From positions 73,532,001-73,596,000 of the forward strand of contig OX597818.1 of NCBI GenBank assembly GCA_951406725.2: a stretch of 64,000 nucleotides of DNA, given 5' to 3'. The notes below the pieces were generated by a model that made no database searches, was not told where the DNA came from, and saw only the letters and a list, made by a program, of their open reading frames with translations. A program made the translations under genes and the position numbers. Numbering within the stretch: position 1 is the first letter of the stretch; every line of letters begins with the position of its first letter. Positions 26,139 through 40,192 of this stretch are shown piece after piece. The DNA comes from Octopus vulgaris (lineage: Eukaryota).

Positions 26139-26669
26139 TATGTGTGTGTGTGTTTATGCAAATATAAGCGTATACGTATCAAAACGTGTGTACATATATT
26201 TGTACATTTATTCATATGCATAAACATATACGACTGCATTGATATACACACGCACAAACATACACACACATATGTACAGGTATTCATATACTGATGCATG
26301 CCCATACACACAACACACACAAGTACACTAAAATATATGATTTACATACAACCACACAAAGGCATATACTTACACACAGACAAAGACTTGTCTCTACATG
26401 TGTTTATCTGGGAGTGGTATGCATCTAAATGTTCGTCCTTTTCTTCATTTCAATCTCTTTCTCGTCATGTTTCTATATATCAATGGAATATTCTCATAAA
26501 TGCTATCTGTTTAAGCCGTTTTATTATGAGCTGTATAAGACGACTCGCCTTGCTTTGGGTAGACTGTGGTTCAAATACAGACTCAGTATTATGTATATGA
26601 AAGCACTACGGATGTCTTGATAGGTTCCTAATATATATCTATATTTTATTTATTTATTTTTGTATTTAT

Positions 26670-26979
26670 GCACCCCTTTTGAAGCCTAGCCAGACTCACG
26701 GGCCCGGTTTCCCGGTTTCTATGGCGTATGTGTCCCCCCCCCCCCCAGCTGGACGGGACGCTAGTACATCGCAGCGTTACTCAGGAAACAGGAAGAAAGT
26801 GTGAGAGAAAGTTGGGGCAAAAGAGTACAACAGGGGTCGACACCCCTACCCCCGTGCAGGAGCCTCGTGGAGCTTTAGGTGTTTTCGTTTTCGCTCAATA
26901 AGCACGCACAACGCCTGATCTGGGAATCGATACTGCGGTCTTCCGACCGCGAGTCCGCTGCCCTAGCACAGCGCCTCCA
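26670..26979 (-). mobile_element. tRNA-derived SINE, same family as 46769-47065
   Basis: Minus strand ggaggcgc..gcagcggactcgcggtcgg..gagcgaaaac..acctaaagctccacgaggctcc matches the 46769 copy. Confidence 0.8.
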
Positions 26980-27619
26980 TATATTTATACTACTATAATA
27001 AAATTGCGTATTAATTAGTCTAAATATGTAATATTAACTATGGTATAGTAATTATATATCTTTACCCTGTTTGTAATAAATTCCAGTCTTAACATACTTT
27101 TAGCAGCATGTCGTTTTAAAGATTCTTTTTTTATTGAATACGTCAACAACACGCTTCAATCAGAAAACTCCTTTTATTCACTGATTCACTGACAACGTTT
27201 TTTTTACTGCCTTAAGTTCCTTTCCATTTTGTCCTCTCTTTATGTTTCTTTCTAAATTCTCTGTTTATCTTCCCTATTCCTTTTAGTCTTTCTATTCATA
27301 TAAAGCAGTAGAGTATGTATGTGGAAATATGTATTGCAGTAAGGTCTGTTAAGTGAATTCAAGATAGATAATAATAATTGAATTCAGACATAAATTTCAA
27401 TAGACCGTGAGGAAACATTTATGACTGCAGCAATTTTATAAAGCAAACTGGTAAGACATTTCATTTGTTAAAACATTATAAATATTCAAATGTTCATCAA
27501 AATGTAGAATAGAGGTTAGAGAATAACCGAAATACAGTATCACAATAATTTTGGTTACTTCTATTCAGAGATTGGTAGAAAATGCTAAGCTTAACTTAAA
27601 ATCTTCTTCCTTGCAATTT

Positions 27620-28080
27620 GTTCAGACTGCAACGTGAAATCAAACTGTCTTCACGTCAAGTTCCCTGGTCGCTCGTCGCAAAATCTCTTCTCTCTGGGGA
27701 ATGAACGAGCCAGAACTTCCCATTTTATAACCGACTAACTGACGCCAGGCCTGTCCATTACGTTAAAGATGTGGATGATCCAAGTAAAACAAAATGGGCC
27801 CAACCATCACGCAGTAAACTAAAATGGGCAGTTCAAATTAAAGATCACCAACGCGGGCAGCTAAAGTTCACAAGCCCCCATGTTGCCGCTACGCATATAT
27901 CGTTATAATATTTACTCTGGCTTTTATCTTCATACTTCAATTTTTACCGTCTTTTGCTGTTGGTCTTTGTCTCGGCTCACTCTCATAGAGTTCGCGTGCA
28001 TCTTTTCTTCAATTATTTCGCTTCATGTTGCCCCGTACACTATTATTTACACTTTCATTCGCTATCTCTCGCTTCGTTTC
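27620..28080 (-). promoter_or_regulatory. Candidate host promoter or cis-regulatory island
   Basis: Non-repetitive and CpG-richer. The minus strand has TATAAAA (27729-27723) and an Inr-like TCATTC (27704-27699), with a TGACG half-site and repeated aaaatggg motifs nearby. Confidence 0.35.
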
Positions 28081-30012
28081 GATTATTTACATAAAAATAT
28101 GTTTTTCTGTGAAATACTTGAAGAATGTTTGTGCAAACTTTTACTCTATATATATTTAGCATATCAAAATTAGAAATATTTCAATTCACAATTTATAGAT
28201 ATATATTGGTGGCAGAAAACCGATGATGAGTTTTGTGGCATTATAAAATATTAGTAGATCGCTCTTACGGTGTAAGACCATTAATGATCCCACCTTAACA
28301 TGAGTTTATGTTTAGGTATAAATCCCAGTTTAAATCTCTTCATAAACACAGTCAGATAATTTAAAGAAAGTATCTTTTATCACACTAAATCTCCTAATTT
28401 GCAATTTTGTTTCATCCCAGTCCAATCCTTATTATATTTCTATTGGATTGTCAGCTACACTATAAGGATCAAGATCCCTCTAACATTAGATTAAGGTTTG
28501 GGACTTTATCCGCTCAGGTTCAGTTTACGAATCTTAGCCAAAATACACGAAATTGATGTATAGCAAACGAATCAACGGCATAATTAATATTGGTAGTTAT
28601 TTTAAAGATCTGTTGCTTATGGTGGTGAGTCAAAGATGGTTCCAGATAGTAATTGATCTCATTCGTGGTTCTATAAAATCAAGAATAATTTCCATGGTTT
28701 GTAATCATCCCTATGAGGTATAACTGATCATCTATTCTACAAGTAAATTTTCCACGTCGGCATTTTAGCCCACAGTTTCTTCATCATAAATAATCAATTA
28801 TGCAATTATATCCAATATATATTATTTCACTTATAACCACTGTTAATGTCCTGTCTTTGTTGGCGATTTTAACCAGAAGCATTAATAAGCGGGCAGCCTC
28901 AACTTTCAGCTTATTCATGGATCCTTCATAATCATGAATTATACACAACTATAAATCAATATTCTTAGCAGATCAAAATCCTAAATATTGTAGTTGTTTC
29001 AAGAAATATATTTCGGGCATCTTATATTCCTTTATCTACTATATTGGATACTCATTTAGTTAAAATACAATTAAGAATTCAAATACCATGGAATAGATCA
29101 CATACAGTTACTTTGTATATTTGAGATCATTCCAACGTGTGCACCTGAATTGTGTTATCTGGTTTATTTTGTTTGAGGAAGTCTATTGAAATTTTTGTAC
29201 TCGTATCCATAGAGACGGATATCATAATTGTCTAATTGTGTTATGTGACTTAGAATTTGAATGTTTGCTTCTTCAACTAAAGCCTCTTTGCAAAGCAAAT
29301 ATCCTTACAGAAGTCAATAGATACGACCTCCTCTCCGATATGCAGTGCAAACTTGTCTGCAGACGCAGCAGAAGAACCCAAGAAAATATCGGTTATTGAA
29401 GAGTAGGTAGAAGTAAGTGGATAAAGGCTCTATATATATAATGGTGATTGACATCATAAATTAACCCTACATCATTACTTAATGTGATTCTGCGAGTAAT
29501 GCTTGAACTGTGACTAGGGTACAATGCGCCTTGTTTCAAATCGTTCAGAAGTTTTGAGAGACCTAAACACAAAGAACAACTTGTTATAATTGTGTCTAAA
29601 AATAAAGCTAAACATTTCTGTGATAATATTCTGGCAAATGAAATATGATATCCCTTAAGTGGGAAGACACACACTGAATTTTACAATTTGTGAAAATTGT
29701 GTGCTTGCCAGCTCTATCAAATCACATTTCAAATAAAGAATTCTGATATATGTTAATTTGTCGATTTAGGAATTCTCATTTGTAATTTCAACATGAATAT
29801 ATAAGACCTTCTCAGTGGAGGCTCACGAAAGAGGTGCTGACCAAGACTGATGTAAGCACACTTCTTTCAAAAGAGAATACACAAGGAAATTAATATACAC
29901 TTTTGCGGATGTTTGCTTCTATAAAAATGGGCCATACATAAACACAAATATATAGCGGTAGATATACCTAATGATGACACCTGTATTCCTCTGTATTTCT
30001 CTCTCTATTCAT

Positions 30013-30057
<45 letters not shown>

Positions 30058-31909
30058 TTGTATTTAGTACGTACAGGAATGCCTTTAATGTATTTCAATA
30101 TTTCATTATTTTTTATTATTGAAATTATATTACTTCACTCTTAAAATATTAGTTGAGCTTCGCTCGAACACACTAGAATAAGCATGAATAGATTTTTATT
30201 TTATGTTTTTATTAGATCAATAGTTGCATTCTTTAGCTTTCTGTGTCTTTGCTTTGTCGTAAATAGATAATATGTGATATCTATCCTTATATGTATGGTA
30301 TTGAACGTATGCATTTCATCGGCCGAATTTGAACATAGAAACTTTAGACGGAGATAGTAGGTAACGATGTAATTTTATTACTTGTCCATAAGAAACATGA
30401 AACATAAGTACATGTTTATTATGGACTTCCAGTACCGTATGCGCAATAATATAATGTAACCGGTGTAATTTCTACACATACTTTTCATACAGTGTATGTT
30501 ATGATAATATCGGAATTCAGTATGAAAATAAAAATGATGTGATACCACTCATGCAGGCTGGCGCATATCACATATATCTACACATATACTACAAAATGAA
30601 ACTTGAAATTTAGAAAAAAATGTGATGCGTATTAGTATGTGTATGCGCGAGCGCACCATTTTACTTCTCACATCAAATTCCTATATAAACACAATTTACA
30701 CTTTCTGAAAAGCATTTGTAGAATGTTTAAAAATAGCCATTTTCCCGAAACATATGAGCAAACAAATCCGTCTCAATTAAATTTTCTGAAATTCCTCTTC
30801 CCACCCCACCGAATAGTAATTTTTTTACAACAAATTCCGTTATGATCGGATTCTACATCACCTGAAGCATATTAGTAGGAAATTTCATTAAGACATTTTC
30901 CTGGATGTTATCAGGAAACAACGCGGTGGAGCACATTTGGCATGTATGCCCATTGATTTCACATAAGTGATACTTACATAAGTGATAAGTAAGATTTCAC
31001 GTAAGTAATACTAAGATCACGTTGCTATTATATATCTATATATCGATTTGCTTCACTTCACTTTCTGTTTGCATGTAACATTATTTGTTTATATAACTGT
31101 CGTTCGGTTTGCATCAAAAGGATGACAATAATGTGAATGAGTTGATCTCAATTTTTTACTACATATTAAAATGTATTGGTAATATTTAGGTAGTAATTTT
31201 TCATTGACTTGTATATAGAAGTTCTTTTAACGTAGTTACATTTCATCCACTTACTCCCTTTTACGTTTGACGTTCGAGATTCATTCATGTTGCTTCACTT
31301 GCCGGCGTTCTTTCCATGTGCATTCCATATGTTTAATTCCGCATATACCCCACAGGAATGAGACTGTGATATCAAATCCATGTAAGACATGCTATCGTTA
31401 AAATAGCGTGTTTGACTTCTATATGTATTTTTATATGAGCGTGTTTGTGTGTGTATACACACATTCATACATGCATACATACATAGATACATGCATGCAT
31501 GCATACATACATACAAGTCCAGAATTGTGTTTCTGTTTTGTGTTTCGTAACCTGCAGTTGTAAAGTTCTTTCATACCATCTAAGTTCATATAACAAGTAT
31601 TACTGATGTACTGAGCAAAGCTACTTGCTAAAATATTGTTGTACTTCAGAAGAACATAATTAGATAATGCCTAACTAAAATTCTATAACGATAAATATAT
31701 ATAGATCGATATGATAAACTGATAATTGCTATATTGATATCAGATCTAGACAAAACATTTCAGCATGCCAACCTGTCTTGATGTCGTTTGAAATATTGTT
31801 AACTGGTACGCTTTTATTCACTGACAAATATATTCAAATCGTAGTCTGATTTCCCATTTGAATTAATTTCCTGTTGAATGAATATATACAAAAAATAACT
31901 TGTTAATAT

Positions 31910-32497
31910 AGACGGACATTCGTCCGTATTTATGTCCTGAGTGCAAATTCCCCCGGGGTTGACATTACCTTTAATCATTCGGGTGCATAAAATAAGCACA
32001 AGTTGAGCACTGACGTCAATGTAATTAACTTAGGCCTATTTTCCGAAATTACTGGCCTTGTGCCAAAATTTGAAATGAATTTTATAGACATACGCAAGGC
32101 AGTGAGGTGGCAGAATTGTTAGCATGCTAGGCAATATGCTTGGTGGCATTTCGCTTGAATTCACGTTCTGAGTTTAAATTTCAACGAGGTCGAGTTTAGC
32201 TTTCGTCCTTTCGGGCTTGTAAGTACCACTCGAGCAATTGGGTCGAAGTAATCGACTTATTCCCTTCCTCGAAAATTCTGACATTGTGCCAAAATTTGAA
32301 ATCAATATTATCTACGGACGTAGGCAGCGAGCTGGCAGAATCGTTAGCAATCCGGTCAGAATGACTAGCACCGAGGTTAACTTTACCCTTCATCCTTCCA
32401 GGTTGGATAAGATAACTAGCAGTTCAGAACAGGGGCCAATGTAATAGAATAAAGCCTTCCTCCCAAATTGCAGATCTTTTGCAAAAGTTAGAGACCA
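31910..32497 (+). mobile_element. Three head-to-tail copies of a tRNA-derived SINE
   Basis: Units ~31910-32075, ~32097-32303 and ~32323-32497 share parts of ggcagcgagctggcagaatcgttagca..gttctgagttcaaatt..ccttgtgccaaaatttgaaa. Confidence 0.8.
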
Positions 32498-33144
32498 ATA
32501 TTATATACTGACATAAAGAATTACATATCTGAAGAATTCCACAACTAAAGCTTGTTTAAATTGATATTAAGAGACACACAACAACATTCACATAAGGCAT
32601 GATAAAATTCTTAGCGCAATAAATGCAAAAACGAACGAGTACCGTCGAAAAGCAAACTGTACTAATTTTATAAACTACAGAATGTAAACGCAAAATAAAG
32701 CACTCAAAACCACAATACGCGAAGAAACATATGTAGACGAAATTTTGAACTATGTAGCTGTGATATAGAAATGAAGTATCCAAGTATTATCACACATATA
32801 CATGTACATGTATTGGTGTGTGTAGTTGTTTATATTTGGTGATAATTCGGCAAATTCGCACAGTCGTTAGAACGTTGGTTAAATGTCTGCCATATCTTCA
32901 ACCGACAATGCGCCGAGATATCAAATACCACTGAAAGCAATTTTGATTTTTCATCATGATGTTATTGATAATCACACTGTGAGGATGCTCACAAAAGTCA
33001 ACAAACTCGAACCCACTCCGAAATACTAGATACATAATCGATGCTTCTATAAACAAAATAAATGTTTGTTTACATATGTTGTTGTTGCATTCCAAAGAAA
33101 ATTTATGTGTTCAGCGCTTTATTGGACGGTGATTATTGTCAGCG

Positions 33145-33215
33145 GGCAGTTTAGCTCAATGGTAGAGTACTCAGCCCGTATCTGAGGGGTTCGGGTTTGA
33201 CTTCTGTGGTTGTTT
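33145..33215 (+). tRNA. tRNA pseudogene or SINE head (Thr-CGT-like)
   Basis: D arm tagctcaatggtagagta, anticodon arm ctcag-cccgtat-ctgag, degenerate T arm cgggtttgacttc. The acceptor stem is mostly G:U pairs. Confidence 0.45.
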
Positions 33216-35557
33216 GTTGACAACTTTTTTCCTTGTCTGATAATGGTTATAACACCCAATATTTTTGCTGTTTTCACGGCCATACTGTGTTCAGATACTA
33301 CCTGATGTAGATATATGTTTCAGAACAAAGTCGTTAACAAGTATAAATCGACAATAAGACAATGAAATGATTATGTTATAAATATTATTAGCTTACAGCT
33401 TTTTCTGTTCTACAGAATGTTCTACAGGCACTTAATTATGAGTCTACCGCATCTTCAATCATAAGTTATTGTAAGCTAATGAATTTCATAACATAGCCAT
33501 CGTTTTTCCTGTCATCCCTTGTAATATGCGTGTGTATGTGTGTGCACATTAGCATTTGTGTGTCTAATATAGGTACTTATGATGATACTACGTGTATGTT
33601 TATTTATGCGTATGTGTCGATGTGTCGTGTGTCTCAGTTTATTTTCTTCGCTTCAAATACAATTTCAGGCATTTATATCTATGATATTTCAAACGTAATC
33701 GAAACATTTAACATCATTTCTTCAATATAATTTCTCAAACTATTAAACATGGCCTTTGTTTTTCTGAAAAATACTTTTTTGTTTTATTTTATTAGGCGCA
33801 CGCAAATGTGTTTGTGTGTGAGTGAGAGAGAGAGTGAGAGCGAGAAAGAGAGGCAGAGAGAGGAGTGGAGAGAGAGATATTTAAATAATGCATGCATTCA
33901 CTGGAAAATTGAAGTTTATGTTTGTTATTTTAGCACACTGAATCTTCAAATAAAGACTTCTTCATTAAAATTTCATACAACTAGCGAAGTGAATTAAACA
34001 CAATATTGTTTCGTCAACCTAAATGTTGAATGACATTTGGGTAAAGTAACTCAACTGGAAAGTTAATGATAGTCGCACTATACGATATAAATTTTTTGGT
34101 TTATTCATTTCCAAAGAAAATTTATGTTGCTGCGCATGAAATGATGATAGGAAAAAACAAAGTTTACATACAAATTTACTTGAAAAAAGAAATGAAAATT
34201 AGATAACATACTATGCATATTAAATAACGTTACAAGCGTTTAGTCTTTTAATTGAACACAAAGCTGACATTTTATATTGTTTTTAAATTACATTAGAACG
34301 ATAGAACTTAATATATCGCAGATTTCGTGTTCATAATGTTTATACCCCTCCCGTCTTTTTCCTGAATTTTCAGTCTGTCATTTTTTTCTTTCGATTATAA
34401 TGGAAGATCATTATACACGCTATGTTAACAAAATACATTCAATCTTCCTTTATATATTCGTTTTAGCTTTGTCATTTTTTTCTGTTAAGAAAAGAGAACA
34501 GCTTTCAGAATTCAAGCTCTGATAATTATTGAATATTTAGTAGTGCCGAACCAATATAATTTTTTGTATAATTTCAAAGAGAGCAAGAGAAAAAGACATG
34601 GATAGAGAGAGCGCTGCAAATCAATTTAGTCACGTTTAATTAAGAAGCTATTGAACTTCGATAGTCTAACCAATTTGATATTTTATGTTATATTACCACA
34701 TTTTTATTAAATTTTCATTGCTAACACTGCAACAAGTAATCTGAATTAGTCTTTCATGCTAAAACTTTGAAAAAGAAGCCTATATTTATCATGTAATTAA
34801 TCCCAAAAAGATAACACAAAGAAATAATATAATTCATTGAGTAGATAGAACAGAAGAAATATATTTGGGAATATAGTTTTTAAAAAAATGAAATGTGTAA
34901 TGTTTCCTTCTTTCCTTCTTTCGTAAGTGCTCGATAAAATTGTGTAATATTTAGAATATTAGTCTGAAATGGCTTAATCAAATTTCAGTAACATCTCTTT
35001 GATTATTTCTCTTTGAGTATGAAAATTTAAATAGGTAGGTGTAAATATTTTACTAAATAATATAACCTTGGCACAAATCTGAATTATTATTTATCTTCGT
35101 TTTTGTATTTTGTTAAACAAAATAATAAAATATATATAGTGATTTAATCGTTGTGCATGTGTACATTCTCGTTGATTTGAAGTATGAGTATTCAGATGAT
35201 TGATCGCTGGAATCGTTTAGTCTTTCAATTAACATGTGAAGTATATGAGTATTCTACAAACATTTCTTACATTAACGTTATTTTCAGGCTTAAAAATTTA
35301 CTCAAAGTTGAAACTTTGAGCAACAAAATGATTACATTCTAAGCGGCGTGCTTCGTAAGTGGCCCACTAAGATCAGTAACAGAATGTGCTCGTCAAAAAT
35401 AACTGGTATAGAAATTTATGCAATGTGATACGTAAAAGGAACGATTCGACGCTCCTATATTTCTGGATCAAAAGTGTTGACGATTGAACTATGTGTATAT
35501 TATGTACGTATGCATGCTTAATATAAAGATTATGAATGGAAGATGAACTGACTTATA

Positions 35558-35773
35558 CGAGATGCTGCTGCAAATTTCCTGGCTTTAAGTGTGTCGCGAA
35601 AGGCCTTGCTGGAGGCCCTAACTTCCGAGTCCTTTTACAGGGCTTTGAAAACCGAAGGACCGCTGAAATAAGTGTGTGAATCTGAGAGGGGCATATGTTT
35701 AATAAAATCATAATCACCTTATTCGCCTGTATTTTCTTTCACCCAAAGGCAGGAATTTTTCAGTACCTCCTCG
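35558..35773 (+). mobile_element. Mariner-derived MITE (~216 bp)
   Basis: TA|cgagatgctgctgcaaatttcctggcttt ... aaaggcaggaatttttcagtacctcctcg|TA. Internal remnant of the transposase C-terminus (NKCVNLRGAYV). Confidence 0.8.
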
Positions 35774-36988
35774 TAAATATGAAAATGTCCCAAATTAAAT
35801 ATATGAAATGTTTCGTTAGGGGTTCGTTAACTAGTCAAATATACACCTGTGTATGTTTGTGTGTGTGTGCGTGTGTGTGCGTATGTATATACTAGACAAG
35901 CCAAAGAAAGTACGTGAGACGAGAGAGACAAGATTCAACAGAGATTGCACTAGTCTAAGGATTAAAAGCGTCATGCAGTCTTCATAGTTAGACCTACATA
36001 AAAATTGCGAAAACTTGCAGAGAAGGAGGAAAGGTGATATAAAAAAAAGGCCTAGGGATCATGCGGCATTGCATTTCTGTGGAAAACAGGAAGGGAGAAA
36101 GGGGTGAGGTTGTGTGTGCATGTATCATAGGGTATGTGTGTATGGAGATGAACTTAGGGAGTGATGTGTGTAGGAGATGAACTTCGGGAGTAATGTGTGT
36201 GTGTGTGTGTGTGTGTGCTGTGTATGCGTGAGGTTTGTTGGGACAATAGTTATGAGAAGGTATGCATGTATAGGAGAGTCGTAGCATGAGATTTTCGAAA
36301 TGTGGCATGATGTGTGGGTGTGTTCGTATTATCTGTGAGAGGAAAACGTAGTGACATGTAAGAAAAACACCGAAGGAAACATTTAAATTAGAGGAAAAAA
36401 ATGATAAATAATTGAATTCAATAATATGTTGAAACTTATAAAAAATACGAACTTTATATCGCCGGTCAAAATCAGTGGATTATGTAACAGGTTCAAATAC
36501 AGAAAAAAGACAAAGAAGAATAGGGGATAACAAAGAGGTAAATAATTTGCAGTAAAACGCCAAGGAAATCCTATGTAGTAAAATCGTATGTAGGAAACCA
36601 AAAAAGAAGACAAAAAGTGCACAAGTGAGTTATATAAATATTTATATGTAAATATGTAATTATGTGTAAAACACTATAACGGCCGTATTTATCAAATCAA
36701 TTTCTCCAAACTGGGAACACACATTACTTATGTTCCAGGGATGGTTGTAGAGTCTTAGAATTTTTCACATAATGAGTAATGGGCCCCATGAAGGCAGAAA
36801 ATACCCGTTCCTGGATAACGTAGAAAAGGGAGGTAACTCTTTGTGAAGTAACTTTCAGAATTTGATTGTCTTCCTTACATCGATTGGTCAAAAATATAAA
36901 ATAATTTAATATTACTTTTTATATTAGATTCACGTCTTTGAAACTTGTTTTTAAACATTTTCTTCCGGCCTTCTAGCGTCAGTGACAG

Positions 36989-37028
<40 letters not shown>

Positions 37029-37100
37029 TTCTATCCATCTCTATCTCTATGTGTATATGTCTCTCTGTATCTACCTCCGTATATCTTATCTATCCATCTC

Positions 37101-38375
37101 TTAGGTCGTCAAATATGAAATTTGTAGAGAAGAAAAATGTTTCCTAATGTTTTATAAATACAAGGAATAGTTTTATTCCTCAAAGCATGCATCCATGTTG
37201 TCAATACCCTTTTGTTATTTCAGCGGCAGCTTGTCCAGCCTAGGACTGTAAAAGCCTGGCAATCTAGAGTGAATGTAATCTTGAAAGGCCACTTTTACAG
37301 CACCGTCGAAATTTTCGTTTCTATTAAAAAGTTACCCAAATTCTGGAAAAAGTGGTAGCCAGTTAGGGCAAAATCAGGTGAGTATGGTGGATGATGGAGA
37401 ACGTCCAACTTCAAGAACTGTAGTGTCGCTAATGACATTTTTGCGATGTGTGGTCTGGCGTTGTCTTGCAATAAAATAGGAGTGGATCCGTTAACTAATC
37501 TAGGCAGTTTTATGCTAGTTTCTTTATGTTACTGTTGGCTGCAGTATACTTTGGCCGTGATTGATGAGCCCGGTTTAAAGAAATCATAATGGATCACACC
37601 TGAGCCAGACTAACCAACAGACACAATCAGCTTCTTTTGATGAATTTTGCGTTTTGGATTGTGTTTTGATGACTCTTCTTTGTCCAGTCATTGTGCTGAA
37701 TGTGTACGGTTGTTGTATTGGATCCATTTCTCAAAACATGTTAAAATTTGTTTCTAAAATTATTCATTTTTGTGACGAAAAAGTAGCATAATGCAGGCAT
37801 TCAAACGTTGCTGTTTGTGATTTTCATTGAGTTCATGTGGAACCCACTGAGCCAACGTTTTCACTTTATCGACTTGAACTACGTGAGGCAATATTGTTTC
37901 CTCGCTAACACCTAACAACAACGATAATTCATAGGCACTTTGAGATGGGTCTGACTGGACGGTGGCTTTCAGTTCGTCATTATCCACCTTTGTTTCTGGT
38001 AGACCGTGTTGCTCATGTTTGAGGTCAAATTACCAGAACGAAATTTTGCAAACCAATTTGATACTGCCTGTGTAAAAGGCAGGTTTTTACATTGCCAGGC
38101 TTTTACATTAGAATGAAATACTCCATTGATATTCCGAGCTGTTTGTGATGCTGTATTTCCACGAACGAACTCATATTTCAAAACTGTACGAATTTCCAAC
38201 TTATCCATCTCTAAACAAAAATAGCAAAAGACGAGTTATAAATCCCTTATAATTTGGAAAATGAGTTAGAATAACGAAATACGTGTGTCAGCTTCCTAAC
38301 AAAAAAAATAAAGATGGTCAAAATATGATAATGGCGCAAAATGAGGAGCTGTCAAAGTTTACCATATACCTTACT
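37101..38375 (-). mobile_element. Mariner transposon with defective transposase
   Basis: MDKLEIRTVLKYEF.RGNTASQTARNIN, WFAKFRSGN, QWVPHELNE, LQDNARPH and PYSPDFA motifs. TIR-like ttaggtcgtcaaatatgaaattt at the left end; the right TIR was not found. Confidence 0.9.
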
Positions 38376-38377
38376 AG

Positions 38378-39895
38378 CTCTCTCTCCTCCTCCTCTCTGT
38401 ATATCTCACTTACTCTATTGCTTCACTTTCATTTTTCGGACACTATTGTTTTCACTATAAGTTTTCAATCGCTTTTTCCAAACAACGACGACAAATTACT
38501 AACAGAAAGACGTTCACAATTACTGATGAATGTAATGTCATACGTAATTCACTGACAGAAGTAAGTTCATATATTTCACTTCAATCCGTACACTTCGTTA
38601 AATTTTCCCACCAATCCAGTTTCTTCTTTACATTTGCAACGTTTTGTGTTTGTGTGCGTCTTTTTTTTTTTCTTTTTGACGGAATTACTGATAAAAGTTA
38701 GCTCATAATTTACTGACAGAAGCAACTTGAAAAATTTCACTTAACTCCGTACACTTAGTTAATTTTCCTAAAAATTTATTATTTACTTTTGCTATGATTT
38801 CGTTGTTTGCAATGTTTTCTGTTGTTAACGGCTGTTTACCTTCGATAATGGCTCTTTTCCTTCGATACTGGCTCTTTGCTTCACTGAAAAATTTCACTTG
38901 AACCCGTTCAATTCTTTATTTTCCTTAAAAATTTCTTATTTACTCTCTGTCCGTCGTATTAAGAAATATAATTTCCGTTACCCAGTTATTTTCAGTGTTT
39001 ACTATCTTCTGCACCCGTGTATTTCTATATACATATATAACCATGCCTAGAAAGAAATGTCAAATTTGACTACAATGTCAAGGTCAACCAAAAGAATGTT
39101 TAGGGAAAGAGAGACACCTGTAGAAAGGGAAACATACCAAGAAACAGATTGTGAATTACAAAAGTCAGAGCATCTCAAAGTGATGAACAGAGATATGCAC
39201 GGCTGACAAAGAAGAGCAGTTGCCAAACCTCAGAGAAGCAACTTCTATGAAGCAGCTTTCAAATATGATCCAACAGTTTATTATGCAGATGACACTAGGG
39301 TTTCCATTGGTGCAATGACAACTGAGTGCATACATTGTAAAGCAAAGAAGTGGCCTGGAGAGACACCTGCACTATGCTGCAGTGGGGGAAAGGTTAAACT
39401 CACTGCAATTCCCCAACCTCCAGAGCCATTGAACAAACTATTGTCATCAACTGACCAAGATTGCAAGCACATCCAACACATAATTAAACAATACAATGCT
39501 GTTCTACAGATGACATAATTTGGAGCTACAAGAGATTTAAGTGAGCTGAAATTCATGCAAACTTTCAAGGTCAGATTTATCATAGGACTGGCTCTCTAAT
39601 ACCTCTGTCAAATAAATCACCAAAATATGCCTTTCATTGTTTATAATCTGTACCTGTTTTTTTTTTGTTTGTTACGAAATAAGCTACACAAAACGTGTTT
39701 TTAAATTACGTGTATTTACTTTATATACATATATGAGTTGAAAAATTTCTTTTAACATTTCATTTAACGTCTATCTTCCATGCTGGCATTGATTAGAGAG
39801 ATATTAATGTAGAAAGTTTGTATCCTAGCTACGTAATCTAGACGATCTTTTTAAATGTTGTTATTCTCTTTAACCTGGGCAAAGCCGGGTGTTTC

Positions 39896-39901
<6 letters not shown>
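38378..39901 (+). mobile_element. Internally deleted Helitron carrying a RepHel N-terminal fragment
   Basis: 39315-39630: MTTECIHCKAKKWPGETPALCCSGGKVKL..PPEPL..YNAVLQMT*FGA..YHRTGSLIP (CxxC..CC..GKV motif). 3' hairpin ctgggcaaagccggg then CTAA at ~39898-39901. The 5' boundary is uncertain. Confidence 0.8.
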
Positions 39902-39961
<60 letters not shown>

Positions 39962-39981
39962 TTTATTCATAGGTATATATA

Positions 39982-40151
39982 GACGCAGGTGTAGCCGTGT
40001 GCTAAGAAGCTTATTTCCCAAACATGTGGCTCTGAGTCCAGTCGCACTGCGTTGCATCTTGGGCGAGTGTTTTCTACTATAGTCTGGTGCAGATCGAAGC
40101 CTTGTGAGTGGAATTGGTAGGCGAAATCTGAGAGACGCCCGTCTTATATAC

Positions 40152-40192
<41 letters not shown>

